Notes: generated by a model from the letters alone, not told the origin. DNA of 35,506 nt from Candidatus Parabacteroides intestinavium (GCA_019118725.1 DWYO01000326.1:1-35506); one strand, 5' to 3'; positions 7,409 through 17,300 are shown, numbered from the stretch's first letter. A program made the numbers and translations.

Positions 7409-9472
7409 ATGAAAATAAAAAACAACAAAACTTATTTGCCAAGAGACATCAGTTGGATGTATTTCAATCGGCGGATCTTACAAGAAGCCTGCAAAGAAAA
7501 TGTGCCTTTGTTGGAACGGTTCAGCTTCCTGGGCATTTACTCGAATAACCTGGATGAGTTTTTCCGGGTGCGTGTGGCTACGCAGAACCGTATAGCCGAA
7601 TGTGAAGATAAAGAGGCGCGTAGAAACAGAGCCGAGGCCCTGGAAATATTGAAAGAGATAAACAAGCTCAATTCGCAATACGCCAGGGATTTCGAACAGG
7701 CTATCCGGGAAATAACGGTCAAATTGCGTGAAAACAATATTTTCTTGCTGAAAGATGATGAGGTGGATGAAGAGCAGTTCCAGTTCATCCGCGAGTTTTA
7801 CCGGCAACATCTGAACGGGCGGGTAATACCGGTATGGTATTCCGCCGTAAAACAATTGGATGTAGAGAATGACGAGAATATTTATCTGGCGGTACGTATG
7901 CGGAAGCAAAACACCAAGAAATCGGTGTATGAGTATGCTTTCCTGGAGCTTCCGGTGGACATCTGCGGGCGTTTTGTGCGCCTTCCGGATAAGGGTGACC
8001 AGCGGTTCCTGATGTATATGGACGATGTAATCCGGTGCTGCCTGCCTTTGATTTTCCAAGGTCAGCCCTATACGGATTTCGAGGCTTATTCCTTCAAGTT
8101 CACCCGCGATGCGGAGATGGAGATTGATAATGACTTGCGTAATGGCATGTTACAGAAGATCTCGAAAGGGGTAAAGAGCCGCCGGAGGGGAGAGCCTTTG
8201 CGGGTCCTTTATGATGCCATGATGCCCAAAGCGCTTTTGAAGCAGGTCCTTTCTACCTTGTATTTGGATAAGCTGGATACGGTTTTGGCCGGAGGTAGGT
8301 ATCATAACCACAAAGACTTGATGAAATTCCCGGATTGCGGGCGTAGTGATTTGAAATATCCGAAATGGGAGCCGATCATGAAGAAAGAGCTTTCCGGTGA
8401 AGAAAGCATTCTCCAGCTGATTCGGAATAAGGACCGCTTTATCCATGTGCCTTATCATAGCTTCGATTCGTACATCCGTGTTCTGCAGGAGGCGGCCGTA
8501 AGCAAAGAGGTGAAAGCTATCAAGACCACGCTCTACCGGCTGGCCAAAGATTCGAAGGTGGTGAAGGCCCTGATCGGGGCCGCGAGAAATGGCAAGAAGG
8601 TGACGGTGGTCATCGAACTCCTGGCTCGTTTTGACGAGGCGTCTAACATCAACTGGTCTAAAAAGATGCAGGATGCCGGAATCCATGTCATCTTCGGGGT
8701 GGAAGGCCTGAAGGTACATTCCAAGATTACCCATATTTCCATGAAAGGAGGAAATGATATCGTATGTGTCAGTACCGGGAATTTCCACGAAGGGAACGCG
8801 AAGGCGTATACGGATTATATGTTGATGACGGCATCACGCCCGATCGTGCGGGATGTCAATGCGGTATTCGACTTTATCGAACGGCCCTATTCGTTGACCC
8901 GGTTCAAGGAATTGCTGGTTTCACCGAATGAGATGAAGAACCGTTTCCTGCGCCTGATCAATGAGGAGATAAAAAATAAGGAGGCTGGAAAGCCGGCCTA
9001 TATTAAGGCAAAAATCAATCATATCACCGACCCGGATATGGTGAAGAAATTGTATGAAGCGGCCAGCCGGGGGGTGCCTGTCGATTTGCTGGTGCGCGGG
9101 AATTGTTCGCTTTACACCGACCTGCCGGAATTGAACGGCAACATGCGTATCGTGGGGATTATCGACCGGTATCTGGAGCACTCCCGTATCTTTATCTTTG
9201 CGGCCGGGGGAGAAGAGAAGGTGTTTATCGGTTCGGCGGATTGGATGCCTCGTAATCTGGATAACCGGATAGAGGTGGTTACGCCGGTATATGACCCTGA
9301 CATCAAAGAGGATTTGAAGCGTGTGGTGGAATATGGTTTGAAAGATACCTCGCAGGGACGGATTGTGGACGGAAGTGGAAAGAATGAATTGCCTCTGGCT
9401 GGTGATGAGGGCTTTTTCCGCTCGCAAGAAGAGCTGTATAAGTATTATAAAGGGGTAGAGGATAGGAGCTAA
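7409..9472 (+). CDS. ppk1: Polyphosphate kinase 1
   Basis: RDISWMYFNRRILQEA, SNNLDEFFRVRVA, TLYRLA, ELLARFDE, LKVHSK, RYLEHSRI, SADWMPRNLDNRIE. Confidence 0.97.
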   Translation: MKIKNNKTYLPRDISWMYFNRRILQEACKENVPLLERFSFLGIYSNNLDEFFRVRVATQNRIAECEDKEARRNRAEALEILKEINKLNSQYARDFEQAIREITVKLRENNIFLLKDDEVDEEQFQFIREFYRQHLNGRVIPVWYSAVKQLDVENDENIYLAVRMRKQNTKKSVYEYAFLELPVDICGRFVRLPDKGDQRFLMYMDDVIRCCLPLIFQGQPYTDFEAYSFKFTRDAEMEIDNDLRNGMLQKISKGVKSRRRGEPLRVLYDAMMPKALLKQVLSTLYLDKLDTVLAGGRYHNHKDLMKFPDCGRSDLKYPKWEPIMKKELSGEESILQLIRNKDRFIHVPYHSFDSYIRVLQEAAVSKEVKAIKTTLYRLAKDSKVVKALIGAARNGKKVTVVIELLARFDEASNINWSKKMQDAGIHVIFGVEGLKVHSKITHISMKGGNDIVCVSTGNFHEGNAKAYTDYMLMTASRPIVRDVNAVFDFIERPYSLTRFKELLVSPNEMKNRFLRLINEEIKNKEAGKPAYIKAKINHITDPDMVKKLYEAASRGVPVDLLVRGNCSLYTDLPELNGNMRIVGIIDRYLEHSRIFIFAAGGEEKVFIGSADWMPRNLDNRIEVVTPVYDPDIKEDLKRVVEYGLKDTSQGRIVDGSGKNELPLAGDEGFFRSQEELYKYYKGVEDRS

Positions 9473-9496
9473 TTGTATAAAAAACACGAAAAGAAT

Positions 9497-10399
9497 ATGA
9501 GTTCAAAGAATTATGCCGCTATCGATATCGGTTCGAATGCCGTTCGGTTATTGATAAAGAAAGTGACCCGTAATGATAGTACGGGGGAAGATAAGTTCTC
9601 GAAGGTCCTTTTGTTGCGGGTTCCGCTTCGCTTGGGTTTCGATGTGTTTGAACAGGGGGAGATTTCTCCGGTTAAGGAGGAGAGAATGCGCCGGTTGATG
9701 AAGGCGTATCGTCACCTGATGAAGATTTATGAGGTGGAGTCGTTCCGGGCATGTGCGACTTCCGCCATGCGGGATGCTAAAAACGGAAAGAACATTATTA
9801 AGAAAATCAAGAAAAGTACCGGAATCAATATCGAAATCATAGACGGACAGGAGGAAGCGCAAATGATTTATAACAATCATTTGGAATGCAAGGAGGACCA
9901 GAACGGAAACTACATGTATGTGGATGTGGGAGGTGGTAGCACCGAAGTCAACCTTATGGTGGATGGCAAATTGGTCTATTCCAAGTCGTTTAATATCGGT
10001 ACGGTGCGTATCCTGACGGGGGGCGTCACCGAAGCGGCCTGGCAACAATTGCGTGATGAGATAACCGCCCGGACAAAAGATATCCCGAAAATCAATATTA
10101 TCGGTTCGGGCGGGAACATCAATAAATTGTATCGGCTGATCGATAAAAAGGACAAGAAACGGAAGCGCATCCCGATCCTTTCTTTACAACAGATTTATGA
10201 CAAGTTGAAGGTGCTTACTCCGGAAGCGCGTATGGATGCGTTCAATCTGAAACCCGACCGGGCCGATGTAATCGTGCCGGCCTCCGAAATATTCCTGTGT
10301 ATTGCCGAGGTAATACATGCCGATTATATCTATGTTCCCGAAATAGGCCTTTCGGATGGTATCATCGATAATCTGGTGGCAGAAGACCGGAAGTTTTAA
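9497..10399 (+). CDS. ppx: Exopolyphosphatase, Ppx/GppA family
   Basis: AAIDIGSNAVRL, ATSAMRDAKN, IIDGQEEA, DVGGGSTE, DRADVIVPA; ATG 9497 preferred. Confidence 0.93.
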   Translation: MSSKNYAAIDIGSNAVRLLIKKVTRNDSTGEDKFSKVLLLRVPLRLGFDVFEQGEISPVKEERMRRLMKAYRHLMKIYEVESFRACATSAMRDAKNGKNIIKKIKKSTGINIEIIDGQEEAQMIYNNHLECKEDQNGNYMYVDVGGGSTEVNLMVDGKLVYSKSFNIGTVRILTGGVTEAAWQQLRDEITARTKDIPKINIIGSGGNINKLYRLIDKKDKKRKRIPILSLQQIYDKLKVLTPEARMDAFNLKPDRADVIVPASEIFLCIAEVIHADYIYVPEIGLSDGIIDNLVAEDRKF

Positions 10400-10438
10400 C
10401 CCAAAGTCTAATGACCGATTTGGGTTTAAGGCTGGGTA
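10397..10438. repeat. Short copy of the MITE-like end found at 35368-35401
   Basis: 10399-10432 matches the reverse complement of 35368-35401 at 33/34 nt; bounded by TAACCCA...TGGGTA. Confidence 0.8.
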
Positions 10439-10465
10439 AAGGAACGTCATAAAAGGGCAAAATAG

Positions 10466-10531
10466 CACATAGAGACACAGCGGTACGGAGAATTTATAAT
10501 GAAAACTCCGTGGGGTTTGTGTCTCTGTGTG
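10466..10531. repeat. CACAGAGACACA-type REP-like hairpin between convergent ppx and Na/Pi genes; possible bidirectional terminator
   Basis: CACATAGAGACACA / TGTGTCTCTGTGTG outer arms, ACGGAG / CTCCGT inner arms. Confidence 0.7.
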
Positions 10532-10539
10532 TAAGTATC

Positions 10540-12225
10540 TTAGATTTTCTTCTCAATCATAGCCTGTACTACATTGATGATATAGTCGCCCAGTTTTTCA
10601 CTTTCGCTTACCATATCCATGTAATAAACGCCATCTTGGTATTGATAACATTTGGAATTGATATCCTCGATATTCCGTGATTTTAATTGGTTGCGGTAAT
10701 TATTGATTTCGTTTTCGATATTATATGATTCGTTGATGTCGTTATGTTCCAACGAATCCTTATGCAGGATGAGGTTCATGCGGTTCAAGGCCTGAGTGAC
10801 CAATTCAAACATGTGTTCGATATGCATGTTCTGTTCGGGGGTAAATGCCGATTTGAACTCATTCCTCCGCTTGATGGTACGAGCCAGATTGTTGCACGAA
10901 TCGGCTATACTCTCAATCTCACTTACCGCACGGAGCATGACCCGTATCTCCTCTTTGCTTTCCGAGCTCAAGCGGCCTTCAGATACTTGGGTCAGGTAAT
11001 TGGCTATCTCCACCTCCATCCGGTCACTGATGTTCTCATATTTTTCTATCCGGTTGTAAGTCTTCAGGAAGGTATCTTCGTTCTTCTCATAGAGCAAAGT
11101 CTTTACCATATTGAACATGCGCGCTGTGCGTTCGGAAAACAGGACAATCTCCTTTTGGGCTTGTAGGATGGAAAGTTCGGCGGTAGACAACATACCGCTG
11201 GTGATGTATTGCAACCGGTATTCTTCATCCTCTTGTTTCGTCCGGATCATGGCGCATACCGTTTTTTCGATAAAGGGCACGAAGCAAATCATGATGCAGG
11301 TGTTGCTGATGTTGAATGCCGTATGGAATGCGGCCAGTTTGAAGGAAACGGCAACCGCAGGGTCTGAAACGTGCATGACGTCTGTAACGAACCAGGAAAC
11401 GCCGGCGGTAAAAGGATAGAACAGAACCAGTACCCAGCATACACCGAACACGTTAAACATCAGATGCGCCAGTGCTGCGCGTCGGGCTTGGGTGTTCCCC
11501 GTAAGTGCGGCCAGGTTGGCCGTAATCGTCGTACCGATATTCTCGCCCAAGACTAAGGCGACTCCCAGATGATAATCAATCCAGCCATTCGCGCACATAA
11601 TAAGTGTAATAGCCATAGTGGCCGCCGAGGCCTGAACCACCATCGTTAATACCGTTCCGATAAACAGGAACAGCAGGATGGAGAAGAATCCCATATCGGT
11701 ATAGTTCTGCACGAAGGCCAGCATATCGGGATTCGCGCTTAGATCCGGCGCATTGCCCTTCAGCCCTTCGAGGCCCATGAATAGGAAAGAGAACCCGAAA
11801 ATAAATTCACCGATTGACTTGCGCGAACTCTTGCCTGAGAAGAGCAGGGGAAGCCCGAATGCAAGGAGGGGTAACGCAAAGGCGGAGATATCGACCTTAA
11901 ATCCCAATGCCGAAATGATCCAGGCCGTAACGGTCGTTCCGATGTTGGCTCCCATGATTACCCCTATCGACTGGGTTAATGTCAATAATCCGGCATTGAC
12001 AAAACTTACTACCATAACCGTAGTGGCCGATGAGGATTGGATTAATGCCGTTATCAACATACCGGTCAGAACGCCCGTTATGCGATTCGTAGTCATGGCG
12101 GTCAAAATCTTGCGCAAGCTATCTCCCGCGAACTTCTGTAGACCTTCGCTCATGATTTTCATCCCGTACAGGAACAGCGCAAGTGATCCTAACAGACGGA
12201 GAAGGTCAAAAAATGAATAGTCCAT
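10540..12225 (-). CDS. Na+/Pi cotransporter (NptA/YjbB family) with PhoU-like C-terminal helices
   Basis: QSSSAT and QASAAT repeats, GANIGTT / GENIGTT, multiple TM segments, C-terminal ESIADSCNN and EKLGDYIIN. Confidence 0.93.
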   Translation of the reverse strand: MDYSFFDLLRLLGSLALFLYGMKIMSEGLQKFAGDSLRKILTAMTTNRITGVLTGMLITALIQSSSATTVMVVSFVNAGLLTLTQSIGVIMGANIGTTVTAWIISALGFKVDISAFALPLLAFGLPLLFSGKSSRKSIGEFIFGFSFLFMGLEGLKGNAPDLSANPDMLAFVQNYTDMGFFSILLFLFIGTVLTMVVQASAATMAITLIMCANGWIDYHLGVALVLGENIGTTITANLAALTGNTQARRAALAHLMFNVFGVCWVLVLFYPFTAGVSWFVTDVMHVSDPAVAVSFKLAAFHTAFNISNTCIMICFVPFIEKTVCAMIRTKQEDEEYRLQYITSGMLSTAELSILQAQKEIVLFSERTARMFNMVKTLLYEKNEDTFLKTYNRIEKYENISDRMEVEIANYLTQVSEGRLSSESKEEIRVMLRAVSEIESIADSCNNLARTIKRRNEFKSAFTPEQNMHIEHMFELVTQALNRMNLILHKDSLEHNDINESYNIENEINNYRNQLKSRNIEDINSKCYQYQDGVYYMDMVSESEKLGDYIINVVQAMIEKKI

Positions 12226-12278
12226 CTAAAATAAGTTTAAGTAGATTGGTTTATCCGATTAATATTTCTATCTTGTTG

Positions 12279-12286
12279 CAAAAATA
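12279..12286 (-). promoter_or_regulatory. Bacteroidetes -7 box for the Na/Pi cotransporter
   Basis: Minus strand TATTTTTG(CA), ~55 bp upstream of the start. Confidence 0.55.
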
Positions 12287-12300
12287 AAGAAAAGTATCGA

Positions 12301-13974
12301 ATGTATATGATGGATGCGATTACTATTTATTGCAAGAATACGAAGAAGTATTATGATGTGCCGCGCGGTTCCACGCTTTTAGACATTTATAAGACCGTGG
12401 GTGAGCCGTTGCCTTACAGGCCCATGAACGCGCAAGTGAATAACAAAACAGAAGATCTGACCTTCGTATGTTGGCAACCTAAGGACATTGAATTTGTGGA
12501 TTATACCAATGCGTCGGGGGTGCGTACCTATGTGCGTTCCCTGTGTTTTATCCTCTCCAAAGCGGTGCATGATGTGTATCCGGAGGCTACGTTGAACCTG
12601 GAGCATTCTATCTCGAAGGGGTATTATTGCACGATTCATAATGGCGCACCGGCCGATGCGGAGATGTTGCTCCGGATCAAACAACGTATGCACGAATTGG
12701 TGGATGCCGATTTGCCTTTCCGGCTTCATACCCTACAGACCGAAAAGGCTATCGAGCTGTTCTGTTCGGTCGGGATGGAGGATAAGGCTAACCTGGTTAA
12801 ATCGTCCGGGATGCTTTATACCTCTTACTATGAATTGGATGGTTATATCAACTATTTCTACGGAGGACTGGTTCCCTCGACCGGATATATCGAACTGTTC
12901 GATCTGGAGCCTTATATGGATGGCGCCTTACTGCGGGTGCCTATGCAGAATGATCCGAAACAACTGGCTCCGAAGGTATGGCAGAAGAAGATGTATGAGG
13001 TCTATAAAGAGCATTTGACCTTGCAACATGCGTTGGGACTGAACAATGTGGGGGATTTGAATCTGGCTCTGAAAAAAGGATTCGCTTCTGATGTGATCAT
13101 GATATCGGAGGCCATGCAGGAAAAACAGATTGCCCGGATTGCCGACCAGATAGCGGAACAATATGAAAAGGGCGTGCGGATTGTCCTGATATCCGGTCCT
13201 TCTTCTTCCGGAAAGACGACTACGTGCAAACGTCTGGAGGTGCAATTGGCTACCAACCTGCTGCATCCGGTAGGCATTTCTCTGGATGATTATTTTGTGA
13301 ATCGGGAAGATACTCCGAAAGATGAGGACGGAGAGTATGATTTCGAGTCGCTTTATGCCTTGGATTTGCCTTATTTTAACGCGGATTTGCAACGCCTGAT
13401 TGCCGGTGAGGAAATCAATATGCCTACGTTCGACTTTGAGAGTGGCAAGCGTGTTTACCGGGGAAAGAAGATGAAGCTACGCGACCATTCGGTCATCGTT
13501 ATCGAGGGGATTCATGCGTTGAACCCGGAATTGACGGCTTACTTGGACGATAGCCTGAAATACCGGATTTATGTATCGGCGTTGACCTCTATCTCCCTGG
13601 ATAACCACAATTGGATTCCTACGACCGACAACCGTTTGCTGCGGCGTATCATACGTGATTACCGTTTCCGGGGCTACTCTGCCGAAGAGACGATTCTTCG
13701 TTGGCCCAGTGTGCGCCGGGGAGAGGACAGATGGATCTTCCCTTACCAGGAATATGCCGATGCGATGTTCAATAGTGCCATGCTCTATGAACTGGCGGCT
13801 TTGCGTGTCTATGCCGAACCGATCCTGGCCAATGTGCCGGAATCTTCTCCGGCTAATGCGGAGGCTTATCGCCTGCTCCGGTTCTTGCGCTATTTCAATT
13901 ATCTTCCTCAAGAGGACCTCCCCAAAACATCGTTGTTACGAGAGTTCCTGGGCGGAGGAAGCTTCAAGTATTAA
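12301..13974 (+). CDS. Nucleoside (uridine) kinase-like P-loop protein with ThrRS-like N-terminal region
   Basis: Walker A GPSSSGKTT, ISLDDYF, IEGIHALN, RLLRRIIRD..RG; TGS-like N-terminus; start could be 12301, 12307 or 12310. Confidence 0.85.
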   Translation: MYMMDAITIYCKNTKKYYDVPRGSTLLDIYKTVGEPLPYRPMNAQVNNKTEDLTFVCWQPKDIEFVDYTNASGVRTYVRSLCFILSKAVHDVYPEATLNLEHSISKGYYCTIHNGAPADAEMLLRIKQRMHELVDADLPFRLHTLQTEKAIELFCSVGMEDKANLVKSSGMLYTSYYELDGYINYFYGGLVPSTGYIELFDLEPYMDGALLRVPMQNDPKQLAPKVWQKKMYEVYKEHLTLQHALGLNNVGDLNLALKKGFASDVIMISEAMQEKQIARIADQIAEQYEKGVRIVLISGPSSSGKTTTCKRLEVQLATNLLHPVGISLDDYFVNREDTPKDEDGEYDFESLYALDLPYFNADLQRLIAGEEINMPTFDFESGKRVYRGKKMKLRDHSVIVIEGIHALNPELTAYLDDSLKYRIYVSALTSISLDNHNWIPTTDNRLLRRIIRDYRFRGYSAEETILRWPSVRRGEDRWIFPYQEYADAMFNSAMLYELAALRVYAEPILANVPESSPANAEAYRLLRFLRYFNYLPQEDLPKTSLLREFLGGGSFKY

Positions 13975-14003
13975 GAAGCTGTTTCGGTTATTTGATAAGA
14001 CAA

Positions 14004-14042
14004 GAAGCCTCGCAGGCATTGCGCCCGCGAGGCTTCCTTTTT
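14004..14042. terminator. Bidirectional intrinsic terminator
   Basis: GAAGCCTCGC (14004-14013) / GCGAGGCTTC (14027-14036), T-rich tails on both strands, between convergent genes. Confidence 0.85.
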
Positions 14043-14185
14043 AGATTCTTGCTTTCGCTCTTCACAAAGCTACTCGCAAGTAGAACTTTTTTGTTACTCT
14101 ATTTTATTTACTAACTAATTCCCTTTCACTTATCACAAGTTACTTCTGCGGGATAATTGTTCATTAAATAATTAATTATGAACAA

Positions 14186-14305
14186 GCCCCCCTCAACTCC
14201 CCCGGTGGGGGGAGCTTTTGAGAGCCTATATCTTGACCTCTATCTGACCCTCTCCAGACGGAAAGGGACTATAAGCCTCCCCTCGAGGGGAGGCTTGGAG
14301 GGGCC
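14186..14305. repeat. Cluster of three C/G-rich REP-like palindromes
   Basis: CTCCCCC-GGT-GGGGGGAG (14197-14214), degenerate CCCTCTCC..GGAAAGGG (14248-14267), perfect 24-bp palindrome AAGCCTCCCCTCGAGGGGAGGCTT (14273-14296). Confidence 0.8.
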
Positions 14306-14309
14306 GTTT

Positions 14310-17300
14310 TTACTTCACTGCAACCTTGAAGCTTTCGCCATCAACCGATACCACTACGATACCAGCCGGAGCAGCGATAGTCTCATTGTCAGAGTTCAGT
14401 ACTTCGTTAGCTACAACCTTACCTAAGATCGTGCTTACTACTACGTTCTTGCCTTCTGCACCCTTAACGATTACAGCACCGTCAGTTGCTACCACTGAAA
14501 CAGCTGTGTTAGCAGAGATTTCTTCGTTTGCGGTAGGTACATAGTTGGTATCTACGTTGTAAACGTCAGCTTGAGAAGCGTATTCGAAATCATCAGCTAC
14601 GATTACCGGAACGCCATTCTGGACTTTCAGCCAGCCGCCTTTAACCATCGGACGTTCGCCACCGGCAAATGCATCGTTATTCTTCCAAGATTCAGATTCA
14701 ATCAAGAAGTTCTGAGCCGGATCATCGTTGATTAAGCGGAATTCGAACTTAGCCGGATTGTGCTTGTTCTCATCGAATGCTACGGTGTCTTCACCGATAA
14801 TCAAGGTCGTATACTGGCCTTCACCCGGCATAGTTCCTTCCGGTTTAACGGCAAAGCCTTTCAAGAATGCCAAACGTGTGTACTTGTTTTCCCACAAGTT
14901 GTTTTCGTTCAGCTTATCATCGATCTTCAAGTTAACCAAGAATTCACCTACCAAAGTATCCGGAATAACTGTAGTATGCGGGCAAGCCAACGAATCAGCC
15001 AATGCTTCGTGTTCTTCACCACACCAGTCAACAGAACCAGCTTTTTCAGTTACATTGCGTGCAATGAAGTACTGTGGCATCAATACACCTTCTTCAGTTG
15101 TCGGAATAACTGTCAATTCAGCTGCTGTACCTGCATTATCACCCTTGCCTTCAACAGCCAAGAAGGTCATGCCTTTCTCTGCCGCACCGGCATACAAGTA
15201 TTCTTTCTCAGTAGAAGAAGTACGATAGAACTTCATATTGTAGTTCTCGCCCAGTTCTTCAGCTGTGAACTCACGATAGTAACGAGTTGTATCAGCAATC
15301 AGAGCAAATGCAGATGTACGGGTTTCGGCTGTGATATCTTCAGCCTTAATCAAACCTGTTGCGTCAACTACACCGGCTTTCTTGTCGCCCTGAACATAAA
15401 CATCTACATATTTGCCATCAACCAATTTTACTTGTTGATCTACTTCTATCAATGCATAGTAGTGTGCATCGTTTGCGTCATTTACTTCTTTCAGATAGAA
15501 GAGAGATGCTGTTTGCGGTTCTGCAACTACCATCATTTCTGTACCACCAACATTGGATACTTGTACAAACTTATTCTTCAATGCAAGTTTATTCGGATCG
15601 TTTACGTTGATAGTATAGATACCACGTTTCAATGTATCTGTACCGTAAGGCAAACCATATTTCTCAATAGCAACACGATTCAGCTCGAACTTAACTGCAT
15701 CACCATTGGTTACTGCTAATACGGTATCGTTAGCAATAGTATTGTCACCAACTGTTACATTCAAATTGCCGCCTACATTCAGGTAGTTCAGTGTAAACAA
15801 TTCACGTACATCTGGTTCAACTGCATAATACCCTAATGTGGTAGATGGTGCAGGTGTTAATGTGTAGTTTTCGAGGATATTTGCTCCTTGATAGTTAAAC
15901 GATACACGAATAACAGTTTCTCCAGCTTCATTTGTAGTTACGGTATAATTGCCGTTATTCAAACGATTACCGGTTTCCTGATTGTAAATATTAGGAATAC
16001 CTCCAAATTCTGTCGGTTTTGTATCAACAACCCACTTAGCTGCTGGCATGTGAGCAAATGCCATTTTAGCAGTGTCGGCCGGAGCAATCAATGTCAAGTC
16101 ACCATCCAGGTCAACCATTAAGCGAGCATTGTTGCGCTGAGAATCTTTCGATGCTTCAACATCCATATAATACAATCCGCTTTCTGCATATTGCGGAGCT
16201 TTATAGGTAATGTTGAATCCGATACGATCGTTGATTGTGTAAAGGTTTGTCCCTTTCAGATTTTCTGAATTACCGATAGTTACATCCCGTTGATTACCTA
16301 AAACGTCTACCTTAACTAAATTGCGCTCGTAACCTGGAACATAAGAAGAACGCCAAGAAATTTCACTATCTGTACGATCTGCCCACCATTTTGTTGTTAC
16401 GTTTTTACGATTGAAACCATCAGCTTCAATGCGCAATGAGTCTTGAGTCGGATAATACAAGAAGCGGAAGTTGAAACGTCCGTTGATATCACGAGCATTC
16501 ATCGGATTGGCTGCATCTTCGAAGTCTTTATCATGTTTAGCCAAAGCGAATGCCAAATTCTGATCTCCTGCATTATCAGTTACATAAGCTGTATCAACCA
16601 TCAAATAGCGTCCGTCTTCTGCTTGCAATGATAACCAATGTGGAGTTTTTTCTTTCTCCAGCTTGTTGCAGAAACGATACCAATTATCATAAATATTGAA
16701 TGTCCAAGCTTCATAACTTCTTGCACGGAGCATTGCATAATAAGCTCTTGTGTTTGCAACTTCTGAGTCAGCTATAGAAACATTAATATCCTCTAATTGG
16801 CCATATAATTCAAGATTTTTATTGGTCAAATCTACAACTTTTGCCAAGTTCTCGTCTTTAACCGCTTCAGCTTTTGCTAATTCTCCTTCCCAATATTCTC
16901 TTTGTTTCTGCAATTCTGCTAAATCAGCAGAATGAGAAGTTTGAACTTTTTGGGCTTCTTTTATTTGGTAATAAATTTGATGAGCCTCATTTAAGAATTC
17001 ATTTGCTTTATTACCGGCATCTTGGGCCTCTGCATCCTTTTCTGTAATAAGATCTGTTTGAGCCTTTATTTCTGCATTGGCGGCAGTTTCAGCATTTTTT
17101 GCTTCTGTTATTTCGTTATATAATGTAGTAATTGCAATGTTGGATGTTGCACCACCATCAAATGAAATAGTTTCAGAACCATGATTTGCTGCACTTAATT
17201 CTTTTAAAAAGTCAATAAGTTTTTGTACATCTTCGTCTGTATAACCCGCAAAAAGAACGTCCATTGAGGCTGCATTTGCGTCATTTTCGAACCATGTAAT

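Noticed and set aside
14116-14158. Hammerhead-like layout (stem, linker, stem, GAAA) on the minus strand, and a 12-codon ORF MNNYPAEVTCDK
   Set aside because: The CUGANGA core is absent and there is no third stem; the ORF is too short to support
14178-14426. 82-aa ORF MNKPPSTPPVGG...
   Set aside because: Translation of REP palindromes, overlapping the end of the opposite-strand gene
14760-15719. 319-aa + strand ORF
   Set aside because: Antisense to the surface-protein gene; Cys/Phe/Ile-rich composition expected of a shadow frame
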